DNA of 63,844 nucleotides, the filler included, from Basidiobolus ranarum (Eukaryota), in assembly GCA_040143965.1 (NCBI GenBank). It is 35 parts of 35 records of this genome, joined end to end, with 100 filler letters (N's around TTAATTAATTAA, not from the genome) between each part and the next. Parts side by side here need not be neighbours in the genome. Positions count along the whole stretch, not along the records: positions 12,831 to 14,561 come from JASJQH010004454.1; positions 14,662 to 16,392 come from JASJQH010004455.1; positions 16,493 to 18,223 come from JASJQH010004456.1; positions 18,324 to 20,054 come from JASJQH010004457.1; positions 20,155 to 21,884 come from JASJQH010004458.1; positions 21,985 to 23,714 come from JASJQH010004459.1; positions 23,815 to 25,543 come from JASJQH010004460.1; 28 more parts are not named here. The stretch is one strand, 5' to 3'. Each line of letters starts with the position of its first letter. The first letter of the stretch is position 1. The notes below the pieces were generated by a model. That model was not told the DNA's origin. It made no database searches and saw only the letters and a program-made list of their open reading frames with translations. The translations under genes were made by a program, and so were the position numbers. Below, piece by piece: positions 12,832-25,116 of this stretch.

Positions 12832-13161
12832 TGTGATCCTTACAAGAGCTGGCAAATTGTTTACAACTACGATCTCACTGCCAACATGACCAAGGAAGAA
12901 GGTAAACTTGTCCTTGGTGGTGAAGTCGGACTCTGGGCTGAGCAGATTGATGGTATCAATATTGATAGTGTCTTGTGGCCCCGTGGTTCAGCTGCTGCTG
13001 AAGTGTTGTGGTCGGACATCAAACTTGCTGATGGTACTATTCGCAAGACTGGTGATGTCTTCCCCCGTATTAACGAGCAAAGAGCTCGCTTAGTTGATCG
13101 CGGTATTGGTGCTGTACCTTTACAACCATTGTGGTGTGCTCGTAACCCTCGTAATTGTTAG
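12832..13161 (+). CDS. Beta-N-acetylhexosaminidase (GH20), C-terminal part
   Basis: CDPYKSWQ..Y.YD...VLGGEVGLWAEQID...LWPRGSAAAEVLWS...R.RLVDRGI.A.PLQPLWC is the typical fungal/insect GH20 C-terminus. Confidence 0.93.
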   Translation, partial: CDPYKSWQIVYNYDLTANMTKEEGKLVLGGEVGLWAEQIDGINIDSVLWPRGSAAAEVLWSDIKLADGTIRKTGDVFPRINEQRARLVDRGIGAVPLQPLWCARNPRNC

Positions 13162-13645
13162 AGGTGTCTATTATTTATTATCATTAATTAAGAAATAATT
13201 TTCCAAATGTAGTACTCGTTGTAGAGATACTTAATTAATAAATTGAAAGTTTATACAAGTGAATGGATTTTATTTATATCTAATATTCACTGCTTAACCA
13301 GATAATTCAACGGAATTTCACGAAGATTCGTTTAATATGTTGGAATGTTGACTCTATCTTAGGTGCATGATCTGGGACAACTAACAAATTAAGATGCTAC
13401 GAGGGAAGACAATAAAGTCATGAATATTCGAAATGTACATGTGAAATAAATGGAAGATAAAGCATTGAAGCAATGATTATGGATGAGATCCTTATGAATA
13501 TTATGCCTCATAGTCGTCCCATTGAATTCACGGAGAAAACCTCTGAAACACGAATAGGAGAGTGAATTGAAGGGAGATGGGAATATTCGGAGATTGCTGG
13601 TGGAAAATCTCTTGAATTTTGGCGATTTATTAGTCAGAAAAATTC

Positions 13646-14561
13646 TCATCCACGCGATGTCACCTCGTTTGTCTTCAATATGTATCCTATTCGATTTCGC
13701 TGCAGACTAGATTTAGTCATAGAATATGGACCTCTAGTACCGGTGTATCGACCACCAGTTGAGTCTCGCTCTTCTGCTGCTGTGGCAGATTCCACATCAG
13801 CATCGTTAAGTGTGATTTGAGAAAAACGTCTGTTTATAGATGATGAGTCTCTAGACTGAAGCTGCTCTATACAGTGGCAAATATTAGATGGGATTATTAA
13901 AAGAAACTGATAAGTGGAGATACTCGGTGCGTGAGCTTACCTTCTAAATATTCCCGGATAGACTCGTCTTCTGCTACATCCAGAACTGATTCTTCGTCTT
14001 CATTCACGATATTGACATCAATTCCATCAACATCTAGTAAAAATTGAATGATTTCCATATGGCCCTCGGCAGTTGCACAATGCAAAGGTGTCCAACCCTC
14101 AGCATCTTGGATGTTGACGTCGGCACCAGCTGATATTAGATATTTACATAGTGCTAAATGACTATAACTAGCGGCCAGGTGTAAAGGAGAAAGAAGGCTG
14201 TGTGGTGTTTGGTAATTGGGTGTTAAACAGTCAATATTGCTTTCCTCTATCAATCTCTTAACCTCGTCGAGGTCTCCGAGCCGAGCATTACTGGCCAATA
14301 GAGTACAAGGGTCGAATGATACCTGCTTCTTTTTAAGTGAAGAGCGAAGGGGGATGCTGTGACGCTTTACTTGGCTCTCAGATTCATAAGTTGAACTGTC
14401 AATTGGAGGACAGGATGCAGATGAGCCATTGATCAGGCTGTATTTGAAATTAGGTGAAGTGGCAGCAATGGGTTGATATGCCGATAGTATGTCAACTTCA
14501 AGGCTGCTTTCAGCCTCTCTTGATAATCCGATTTTTTTTCCGCCGGCTGGACCCATTGATG
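13646..14561 (-). CDS. Ankyrin-repeat protein with an RVxF-like motif (putative PP1 regulatory subunit), 5' truncated; probable intron 13940-13867
   Basis: SSLKKKQVSF precedes ankyrin repeats (SPLHLAA, GADVNIQDAEGWTPLHCA). A GTAAGC donor and TATAG acceptor give an in-frame last exon. Confidence 0.8.
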
Positions 14562-14661
14562 NNNNNNNNNNNNNNNNNNNNNNNNNNNNNNNNNNNNNNN
14601 NNNNNTTAATTAATTAANNNNNNNNNNNNNNNNNNNNNNNNNNNNNNNNNNNNNNNNNNNN

Positions 14662-14810
14662 ACACAGCAAGATTCATATATTTTTTGATTCTCATAATGG
14701 CTGGAATACAAAGCCTAAAATATTTAAATAAAGGCATGCATATTAATTTGAATATCTGCAGCAGTAAACCCAGTAATTTGCCATTCAAATATTTTATTTT
14801 TGAAAAATTG
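14662..14810 (+). mobile_element. CACTA/CMC 3' subterminal fragment
   Basis: Matches ~44070-44230 and ~45300-45470. Confidence 0.75.
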
Positions 14811-14839
14811 TAGTAGTCTTTACAGTGAATGCAGGCTTG

Positions 14840-15181
14840 GGGCTCATAACCTGTAAAGTATTTGGGAGGCTGTTGGAAGTGGCTTGGAGAATAAGTGGAA
14901 CTGGTGGTTTTAACTTATTGATATATTGAGTTGAAAGTTAACATATAGAGTTTTGTCAAGATGTAAACAATCTGACAAGTAAAATGTGTTAAGTAAGGGC
15001 CCAGAAGCATTTGTGCAAAGTTTGGGGCTTCTTGCACAGGTTTGAAAAATCTATATCTCTAAGAACTTCTCAGTTGGTAAACATATTCCAATTAAATTCT
15101 GATTCAGAATAATAGATAATAACTTAGTGTATTATATGGTGTTTAGGCAATGCTAATTTTTACATAAACATCTATCCAACA
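14840..15181 (-). mobile_element. Copia LTR family B with PBS (14840-14851)
   Basis: GGGCTCATAACC abuts the LTR terminus; TG..CA ends. Confidence 0.8.
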
Positions 15182-16090
15182 TGCTCCCAAATACTTTAAC
15201 AGGTTATGAGCCCCAAGTTTGCCCTCTCTGTAATGTCTGCTTCACAAATGTATTTAACTTTTCCCTCTTCTGAAAAATTGGATGGACCCAATGATCAAAT
15301 TTGGAAAATAAAATGAAAATGCTGCTGCAATAAAAAGTAACTTGGGACACTGTTGTCAGAGAAGAAAACAATGCAGAACTATCTATGACTACCAATAAGG
15401 ATTCTGAGCCATGGTACATTGATTCTGGAGACTCCCAACATTTCACAAATGAAATGAATTGGTTGGTGGATTATGTAGAAGTCCCTTTTAGAAAGGTTTT
15501 CATGGGAGATGACTACCTATTGGATGCTATTGGAATGGGAACAGTTCACATCAATTTAACTGGAGCTTCTGAGGAGAAAGTGTATACTTTTAAGTATGTG
15601 CTACATGTTCCACATGTTGCCAAGAATTTAATATCTATATGCAAGGCCTTCTCAGAAGGGCTAAAATTCAATTTTGCTAAGTCAGGATGCACTATAACTT
15701 ATCAAAACAGAAATTATTTAGCCATGGGAGAAAAGGATCAGAACTTATAGAAACCTATCAATAATCTAAGAGGTTTATGTGTATATATCAGTCACTCAAA
15801 TCAAGATACTATTCAATTTTGGTATAAGAGATTTGGCCATGTTGATTAGATTATTTGAGCAATATGATCAAAGATTGCCTATTTTCTAGATTTCAAATTA
15901 ACCCCCCAAACAAAATGTAAATTTGTGAGAGTTGTATATATGCAAAACAAGCCATGCAACCATTCAAGAGCTCTGGTATAATCAAATCTGTCAAAAAATG
16001 GCATCTAATTCATTCAGATTGGTATGGACTTGTACAAAATATATCTTTAGGTGGAAGAAGATAATTAATCATATTCATTGATGATTATAC
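15182..16090 (+). mobile_element. Copia family B: LTR end, PBS (15202-15213), deleted gag, protease, pre-integrase and integrase start
   Basis: WYIDSGDSQHFT aspartic protease, VLHVPHVAKNLISI, W..RFGH and IFIDDY motifs. Confidence 0.85.
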
Positions 16091-16091
16091 T

Positions 16092-16392
16092 ACTAAAGTA
16101 TTTGGAAGCATGTTAGAGGTGCTTTGGAGAATTGGAGGAATTGGTAGTTCTCATTTATTGATTTATTGAGCTGAAAGTTGACATTTATAGTTGGGTCAAG
16201 ATGTGAACAAACTAACGTGTTGAATGTATTAAGGAAGGTCCCAGGAATATGTGTGCAGAGTTTGGGGCTTTTAGCACTAGTTTGAAAATCTGTATATCTG
16301 AGAACTTATAAGTTGGTAAAATTTCTTTAAGTAAACTCCAATGGAGAATAATGGATAATAACTTGGTGAAATATAAAAAAACCAAGTACTAA
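16092..16392 (-). mobile_element. Copia LTR family B (partial)
   Basis: Matches ~4980-5280. Confidence 0.8.
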
Positions 16393-18012
16393 NNNNNNNN
16401 NNNNNNNNNNNNNNNNNNNNNNNNNNNNNNNNNNNNTTAATTAATTAANNNNNNNNNNNNNNNNNNNNNNNNNNNNNNNNNNNNNNNNNNNNTGATGATT
16501 GTTCATTAGTTGAGGGAAAAATTAAAGAAGCAAGTAAGTTAAAAAGTAATATGGATTCAAGACGGCCGCTCTTTATTCAACTCTACACAGGTCCAACGCA
16601 AGGATTTTACTTGCGGAAATCAAAGCTAGCCTTGCCAATCAGGGGTAAGGATTTGTAGATCATAATAAGTTTAGTAAAAAGATAACTCTCAAGATAAGAG
16701 ATCTTGATTTGGCAACCCAAAGAAGAAAGCCACTGATGCTGACTACTACTTCTAGATCCATATAGAATTTCTTCGGGGGGTGTCATTACAAATCTTACTT
16801 GCGTATAAATAGAGGAAGCAGAGAAGGCGATTGTAATAATTAGCATGGTATACAGAACAAAATTCAGGAGGAGTGTGCTGCAATAAAGATAATCGACAAG
16901 TCTTACACGACAGTAGACTCCACACAAGTACAGCAATCTTAAATAGAGCTAGCTCACTATTGTAGTGCCAAAGATCTAGGAGCAGGAGTTGCTTCTCTTA
17001 TAAGCCATAATTGTAGAATGGAATGCTCTCAGTAACTATCTGTACGTGACGGTCAGGCTCATCAACAACAGTTCTTATGCAGCAAGATGGACTCGAAGCA
17101 GAAAAATGTTCGTTTCAAATGTAGCCAAGGATGCAGATTTGGGATAATCACCACCCTATATTCCTAGCCTGAAGTGAACCAGCATGTTAAATAATCCTCA
17201 CTAAAAATCCGCCTATTGATGTAATGAATTACTCACATCATGTAATATCATTTTATCTGGCCAGGTTTAGTTCCGATATCTCTTTCCATGTTACTTATTT
17301 TATTAGGCAGATGCCAACCATTAAATTTTCACAAAGCAAATGCACTGGCTCTGGACCTTTACCTAGAACTTAGGTTGATCCATAGCTCTGATGAAATAGT
17401 GATGTTGATTACATAAACAGGTATGGCAAGTTCACGTTTTACTGGCAAAAGAAATATTCATATTTTTGAGGTAAGATGAACCGAGTGCTACGATCACATA
17501 AAAATTTTGCAGAACTATGAATGGTGCTTGAATGGTTAGCACTTTGAACTTGGCAATTTGGTCTTCAGTCAGGTTATATACACTAGCGCTCTAACCGATT
17601 CCATATCTCTGTATTCACTCCATGATTCAACTTGATATTTGTCAAACGGTCTGATTAGAGCCCAAATAATAGTATCTGATATTATGAAGGTAAATTCACT
17701 ACTCATGGCAACTTTACACACTGTTGTAATCACTACAGTTAGTGAATCAGTTTGGAGCTCAACATGTTCTTTGCACCAAAATTATAGATTGTTGGTAATT
17801 TTTCTGCAGGATCCAAATTTTTGACATTATGATTTTAACCATTATTATTGTATGCTTCATATAAATATTATTTGCTAGCACCACTTAGATATCAGAATCA
17901 GTCAAATATGTCGGGGAGTGTGCCAAATTTGCACAATTTCAGTATGGTAAATTTTTTTCATATCAACAATTATTATATACTTTGTATATAAAAGATGTTG
18001 TTTGTCAGGACT

Positions 18013-18223
18013 TGTTGGATAATTAATCTTTATTCAACATCATAGTTAACTTTGGTTATGATAGATATATCAGAAACAGAAAGTAATGTATCTATAGCAC
18101 CTATATTCAAATCAGGAATATCTCTATATCTATATAACAAGTATGTCTTATTACCCCCACTTATCTATTATATCTTATTACACAAACTCCTGAATATCTC
18201 AAACAATTGATTTACTTTTCTAC
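18013..18223 (-). mobile_element. LTR family C (partial)
   Basis: Reverse complement of ~5607-5818. Confidence 0.85.
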
Positions 18224-18323
18224 NNNNNNNNNNNNNNNNNNNNNNNNNNNNNNNNNNNNNNNNNNNNTTAATTAATTAANNNNNNNNNNNNNNNNNNNNN
18301 NNNNNNNNNNNNNNNNNNNNNNN

Positions 18324-18540
18324 TGCAAAAATTGCTGGATATTGAATAACGCATGCCAAATTTGAGGATCAATATTTTAACATGTATGAATACTGCCAAG
18401 ATACCATCAAGAAACCACCATCACATCATCAAAATCCCTGGCAGAATGCAAGCCAATGATATTGTGACGGTTCTCCAATGGTTTTGCTTTATTGCAGGGT
18501 GGATCCGATCCGGATCAAATCAATTTTATCTTTGTTAGGG
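18324..18540 (+). mobile_element. CACTA/CMC right end with TIR (TTTGTTAGGG)
   Basis: Same terminus at 42331, 44430, 45288, 50793 (-) and 57787 (-). Subterminal GGATC repeats. Confidence 0.8.
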
Positions 18541-19510
18541 TATATCAATGTGTCTCAAAATTAGGCCTATGTCTGCACAGCCCAAATACATGAACCCCAG
18601 ACTGTAAAAGGGGCCCTGAATGGCCCTCACACAAAGTTTTGGAGATCTGCAATGGCTGGTAAGTACCAAGCTTTGATTGATAATTAAACTTGGATTTTGC
18701 CTAACTTACCTGATGGTAGAATATCAATTGGCTGCTAATGGGTGTTTAAAGTTAAATACAATTCTGATGGCAATATAGAGTTGTACAAGACTAGGCTAGT
18801 AGCCAAGGGCTATTCCCAAATACCAGGAATAGATTATATAGAGAATTTTGCTCCTGTAGCAAAGTTCAATTCAATCAACTATCAGTTTATTATAAGGCAG
18901 GTGGAAGTCAAACTGCTTTTTTGAATTGTGAGCTTGCTGAGAAGATGTATATGGACTAACCAGACAAATTTGGGGACTCAGAAAACCCTTAAAAAGTTTG
19001 CAGACTCCAGAAAATACTCTATGGCCAAAAACAATCTCCAAGAGATTGGAATAACAAGATAGATGCTTTTTTGGAAATAGTCAAATTCCAAAAGCGTAAT
19101 GCTGACTATAGTTTCTACTTCAGGCCAGATAAGACAAACCCAGTTGTATTAGCCTTGTATGTAGATAACCTTACTTTAGCAACCAATGACCTGAAGACTT
19201 TTGAGAAAACCAAATCAAGCTTATCTGCTGAATTCAAAATGACTGATCTTGGTAAACTGATGTACTATCTTGGAATCCAAATTAAGATAGATCAAACTTC
19301 AAAAACAATAACTTTAAACCAGTCAAGGTATATCCTAGATATACTAAAGAAGTTTTAAATGGAAGAATGTTATCCAGTATCCACTCCCATGGAGACAAAT
19401 CTTAGCTTGACCAAAAATGGCTCAAATCAGATGTTATTGAATTTAAATGAAAGCCAGAAATCTCCTTATCAATCTACAGTTGGTATTGTGCTGTATTTCA
19501 TGGTTGGAAC
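18541..19510 (+). mobile_element. Copia reverse transcriptase (RVT_2), decayed
   Basis: WVFKVK..YKTRLVAKGYSQIPGIDY.ENFAPVA, LALYVDNL and FKMTDLGKLMYYLGIQI motifs. Confidence 0.92.
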
Positions 19511-20054
19511 TGTTGAAATTCATTGTCTTTATCATATTTTTTATCTCTATCATTATACACCTAACTATTTCATATATCATATATAAGTTAGTTAACATTA
19601 CTTAGTCAAATATCACTTAGCTGAAAATTGGAGCATATATTATATATATATGTGAATAATGTGAGAATTAGCATTTCCATATTGAAAATTTCAAACTTGT
19701 CCAAATTGCCTAAAAAATTAGCTCATTTTACTCCCACAGATGTGCTGAGTACAACCCCAGTGTTAGCTTTCTGTATTTCCACCAAAATGTATAAATTCTT
19801 TATTTCTGGACAATAAATAATTATCTCACAAAGCTGCTCACCACTCCACTTTTCTAAAGTTCCTCCAAACAGCCATATTTTCCCAATAAGTTATGAGCCC
19901 CATGCTCTAACCTTTACATCATGACAGAAACCATTACTACCACTTTTATTAACTCAAGTGTTGAAAAGCTTGATGGAGAAAATAACAATTTCTGGAAGTT
20001 CAAGATGCAAGTCATGCTGGAATACAGAGAGCTTTGGAATGTAGTCTCTGGAGA
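19511..20054 (+). mobile_element. Copia family D 5' LTR (19511-19888), PBS (19889-19900) and gag start (19921)
   Basis: TGTTG...CAATA, then AGTTATGAGCCC, then MTE...EKLDGENNNFWKFKMQVMLEYRELWNVVSG (copia gag N-terminus). Confidence 0.9.
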
Positions 20055-21448
20055 NNNNNNNNNNNNNNNNNNNNNNNNNNNNNNNNNNNNNNNNNNNNTT
20101 AATTAATTAANNNNNNNNNNNNNNNNNNNNNNNNNNNNNNNNNNNNNNNNNNNNCACGATCGTTATGCCAGACCCCGACGCAAGAGTAAGTGGTACCCAA
20201 ATCAATTCCGACAGCTTTGGACATTGTATTGTTTCTAAGATTGTCTATAAGAAATTTCTTTTGTGGAGTAAAAGGGGATGTATGACTATTATCAGAAATT
20301 CAAGACTGAGGGAAGGGTGACATCTCTAGTGGATTTATATATGAGGCTTAAACCAATCAGGATTTGGGCAAATATTCTTCAACCTTCCAGTGACTTCTTT
20401 TTCGTCATTAGTATCCTACCTAAACTAAATTCTGTCATCAACAGTCAAAATTATCATCGATCTTTATCAACTAATTAACCATAATGTTGATTATTAGTTT
20501 ATATCATAACATCGAAAAGTGAACCTCTTCTGGACTGCTTTGATTCTTTAGCTGTTCCCGACACTGATGATAAATGTCTCTAGTGAGCATTTCCTGGCAT
20601 AGGCACATACGGATCGATCGGATCAATGAATTCAATTAATTTCAAACTTAACGCCAATTATATAATCTATCACATCGATGACTGCTATATATAGAGTGCA
20701 TATTGTTCAAGATGATGTGTCATCAAAATAAAATTCGGTGAATGACGAGTACACAGCAATACCGGATTAAGTATGATGCACATGTTCCTTTGAGGCTTCA
20801 GCCATAATATGCAGATGGCTCACTTTCCCAGAAATATTTGCCGATGAATCTTTTGGTTATAGTAAATGACAGGCATGATACTTTTGCCGAGGTGATCAAT
20901 TAATATTCAGACTTATGCTGGCATTGTAAGTATTTATTGTAGATTATAACTGGATCACATGATACTAACAATGTTGATCTGTATCTGTAAAGTTACCAGC
21001 ACTGGATATATTAATGGTACGAAATTGATGATGTATCAGAACACTCACTCTCTACTCTAAGCCCAATTAAAATTTTTTCTCCTTGTGATAAATGTCAAGG
21101 TATAAACTCCGTGGGGATTAAGTGTTGTTTGCATTCGGTCTACTGCCACCACATCACTATAATAACTAAACTAGCACTCTCCACAATACAATTACAAACA
21201 TCTGAAGAAATTTCATTGACTGCTTTAATTCTAGTTCTACGATCCAATTCATGGACACAACCAAAAAGCAGTACAAAACATGTAAAATCTACTTGCAGTA
21301 ACGCCAAATGAAAATGTTTTAAATATAATAAAATTCCAATCAAAATAATGTATATATTAATATATTTATTAACTGATAATATTATACAATGTTCTGAGTG
21401 AACCATACATGGTGTGTGAGATGCGATTACGAGGTTAAGTGTAATAAT

Positions 21449-21884
21449 TTAATCGAGTTCCTCAACAGTTGGCTCACTGCTGTCAGCGCCGGGGAAACCA
21501 CCAGGGGCAGCTCCTCCAGCTCCAGGGAAACCACCGGGAGCACCGCCTGGGGCACCTCCAGCAGCTTGGTACATCTTGGTCATGATAGGGTTAGCAACAC
21601 CTTCCAATTCCTTTTGCTTCTCTTCGTACTCTTCCTTGGAAGCCTCTTGGCTCTCATCCAACCAGCTGATAGTGCTGTTGATGGCTTCTTCAAGCTTCTT
21701 CTTGTCATCAGCATCCAATTGTCCAGCAACCTTCTCATCTTGAGTGGTGTTGCGGAGAGAGTAAGCATAGGACTCGAGTCCGTTCTTGGCAGAGATACGG
21801 GAAGCAGCTTCCTCATCCTCAGCCTTGTACTTCTCGGCTTCAGAAACCATACGCTCGATATCTTCCTTGGAAAGACGTCCCTTG
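21449..21884 (-). CDS. HSP70: Cytosolic Hsp70 (Ssa-type), C-terminal part
   Basis: [52 protein letters not shown], a GGAP/GGFP tail, ending EPTVEELD*. Confidence 0.97.
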
Positions 21885-22199
21885 NNNNNNNNNNNNNNNN
21901 NNNNNNNNNNNNNNNNNNNNNNNNNNNNTTAATTAATTAANNNNNNNNNNNNNNNNNNNNNNNNNNNNNNNNNNNNNNNNNNNNTTTGCCATAGGAAATA
22001 GAACCTTTCAGCAAAATCAATATAAAGCATATCGTTACCTGTAGAGATATATATAACACTTTAATGAAAGAGATTACGTAACATTTCAATTTCGCCACTA
22101 AAAGACAGATATAGTGTACATATCACTCATGAACTCATATTCTTAGGCATGGCATCATTATTATGTTGGGTATGCTGAGAAGAGAAAGTCTTAGGGTTA

Positions 22200-22335
22200 G
22201 TTAACACATTCTACACGTTTGTTTGTTTATCTCTTGCTAAAACTATAAATGTCAACTTACTACTCAATAAGTGAAATCCACCAATTCTTCTAGTTCTCCA
22301 AACCACTTTCAACCAACTCCCAAAATACTTTAACA
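22200..22335 (+). mobile_element. Old copia LTR family B remnant (3' end)
   Basis: Ends CCCAAAATACTTTAACA like 15185-15201. Confidence 0.65.
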
Positions 22336-22543
22336 ATCATCTCCCTAACCCTAGCCCAAAAATAAAGCCTTCGAATTATGCAGCTATATTCTCTGACAAG
22401 CAGTATACGATGACACATAATACTTACTCTGGCACCCTGACTGAAAACCCAGTAGGTACAGCTTTTTCAATTCCAACAATACACATTACGTAGTATATAC
22501 ATAATGAATTCCAAATTAGTCAGGCATTTCAAATATGTTAATT

Positions 22544-23182
22544 TTATTCGGAATATATAACTGGCATTTTTTTAACATATTCATTGTTCTCAACTTCGTC
22601 AATACAAAATTTGGCAATGTCTTTTCTAGAGATGAAGAGACCGTGGGTACCAACATGTCCTGCTTTCCAATTTGTGTCAGCCATGCTATTAGTCAATAAA
22701 TAAACTCTGAATATAGTCCAGTTAAGGTTTGAAGTTGTAATAGCCTCTCCAGATCCAACGATCTCTTGATAAGCTTGATTCTGGAAGCATTTGATACCAG
22801 TGATCAATAATGAAGAAATAAAAGAGAATTTGTCGTTTTGTTTATCAGGAAAGCTTGCGGTGGATAAAGCAATAAGACGCTTGACGTCCTTTTGCTCCAT
22901 ACATTTGATAATATTCTTGTATCCATTAAGAATAGGTAGCCCAGGTGGATGTTGAAATATTGGACCCAAGGCAGAGATCACCGCATCAACACCATCCAAA
23001 GCACCCAAAATAGCTTGGTCATCATCCAATTCACCTACAACGATTGTGATCTGCTTTACGATAGCTTTGTCAAATTTCTTGGATGATCGAGCGTAAGCAA
23101 CGATTTGATGTCCTTGTGAAAGAGCCCTGTTGATAATTTCTTGACCAGTAGGTCCTGTAGATCCGAAAATCAAAAGCTTCAT
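22544..23182 (-). CDS. NAD(P)H-binding oxidoreductase (BLVRB/flavin reductase-like), intronless, 212 aa
   Basis: MKLLIFGSTGPTG Rossmann motif, DAVISALG, LNWTIFR and ISRKDIAKF motifs. Confidence 0.9.
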   Translation of the reverse strand: MKLLIFGSTGPTGQEIINRALSQGHQIVAYARSSKKFDKAIVKQITIVVGELDDDQAILGALDGVDAVISALGPIFQHPPGLPILNGYKNIIKCMEQKDVKRLIALSTASFPDKQNDKFSFISSLLITGIKCFQNQAYQEIVGSGEAITTSNLNWTIFRVYLLTNSMADTNWKAGHVGTHGLFISRKDIAKFCIDEVENNEYVKKMPVIYSE

Positions 23183-23814
23183 TGTTATTAAATATTGTTT
23201 AAAGTGTAAATCACAAAGAAAAGTCTGACCATTTTATATAAAACCTAATGCAAAAAGCCGGAAGCAAATAGCTCCGAAACTTCCTATTGGTTTGATTTGC
23301 AATCATTCGAAGTTTCGATATACCTCCCACAACAGAGAATAATTAGTAATACAGCACCAGAGAAAGCATATAAAACTACGCCTTTTAGTATGAATAGTTG
23401 CTTAATGAGACTATATTTGATTGATTTGAAGCGTTGGAGAGAACCTAGCGGTGCTCGCAGTCTCTGTGTTCAAGCATTGCTACTATTTTGCTTTTACTGA
23501 TTGTTTAGAGGTATAGCATGTGCATTCAATTCGATAATACTGAAGTTTTCTAAATTATTAAGATTTATGCATCTAGTCTTCTTGCTAGGTGATGTTTAGA
23601 TTGCCTTCAAAATGACCGTTAAAAACCTGGATCTCCTCTGGCTCCTCATTTGTATATAATATAATCACTAGTGAGACAGACAATTTTTAATATAGCGTCC
23701 ATAGCATGTAAAGCNNNNNNNNNNNNNNNNNNNNNNNNNNNNNNNNNNNNNNNNNNNNTTAATTAATTAANNNNNNNNNNNNNNNNNNNNNNNNNNNNNN
23801 NNNNNNNNNNNNNN

Positions 23815-24147
23815 ACCACCGCCACCGGTTTTATAACCTCCGTTATGAGTTCCTCCAGAGCCATTGCCTCCCTTAGAGCAAAGACCTGCTTTAACTTTGA
23901 TACCCAATGCCTCCACAGCTAGTACCAAACCATTACAATCCATTCTTTCGATAGCCTTCGAGTTATAATTCAAATTCTCGGGTTTTCCGGTACATATCCC
24001 AACGTTCAAATTTGCACCTAATGCATTCAACCTAACGATAAGGCCATTACAATACTTGCTCGATCCGTTGCCATTAGAACCATAGTGTGGCAAAGCAGCG
24101 ATGTTGGTAAGAATAGAGAGCGAGAAAAGAGAAGCTAAAAGTCTCAT
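23815..24147 (-). CDS. Secreted Cys-bracketed hydrophobic-repeat, Gly-rich protein (paralog 1), 3' truncated
   Basis: Signal-peptide-like N-terminus ending A-LPHYG, two C-NGL-x-LG-x-C units, then a Gly-rich tail. Confidence 0.85.
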
Positions 24148-25116
24148 GATATAATGCTATAGAAAGATAATACTTTTGATTAACCTTTTCACTCGACTTA
24201 AGTACTACCCATTCCATTTGATCATTGTATTTCAACAATATATATCTTTCCAAAAAGAAGAATCTTTTGAACTAAATGAGTATGCAAGGTAAATTTAAGT
24301 TCGCACGGAGTACATGATCATAAATTACACTTTAGTTAGGTTGATGAAAAATTGGAAAGATTAGGTTATATTATTCACTCCATTAACTAATATTTGTTAC
24401 TTTGGTTGAAAATTCCCGTCAATGTGTAGTTTCAGATCCCCTTTCTATAAACAAATTTCTGCTAATCATTAATCTAGATTTAATCTGTTGCATGTAAGGC
24501 GATGAAAGTCTTGCAGTTTAAAATTATTGACCTCCAATTCGCTCCTACCCATCGATGGTTTCATGGTATTTTTATCTTCGGAATTTGTCACCTAACCCCC
24601 TATCGTTCCCCCTATTACTACGATCAAATACTTGATTTATGCACTGACTTCTTAGAAAGAGTAAATGTGGATTTGAGTACAACACTTACTTTTATTTGAG
24701 ACTAGAACGCATGAGTTTTGCATTTTCATATTGATGGTTGAATCAATCCTTACTAAGCTAAATAAAATCAGGGAAGAAGCCATAAGGCGTAAGAGTTCTC
24801 ATACTAGTGTAAGAAAACTAACAGTGAAAACTACATTATTTCTCTAGTTAAGTGTATGGATATCGAATGAACTCACAGTGAAATTGAACATCCAAATCAC
24901 TCATTCCCCCTTTTAACATGATTAATTGAATTATTCCTTGGCTAATATGACCACAATTTGGAAAAATATATATCGATGCAGTCATGTATTGGGGTAATGC
25001 AGAGTGCATTTTCCAACGTTCCTGAGAGATGAATGTGTATAAAAGGGTAAGATGATGAAAATCAATATCAGATATTCATTCATATTCCAACTTAATCAAC
25101 ATATTCGTTTAGAAAT

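Noticed and set aside
16493-17880. Possible decayed multi-exon gene on the minus strand
   Set aside because: CpG is retained, but no motif or consistent frame could be recognised.
21449-21475. Hsp70 ending EELD rather than EEVD
   Set aside because: A conservative variant of the TPR-binding tail. Not evidence of a new function.
22191-22355. TTAGGGTTAG and CCCTAACCCTAG as interstitial telomere repeats
   Set aside because: Fewer than two full units each, so chance cannot be excluded.
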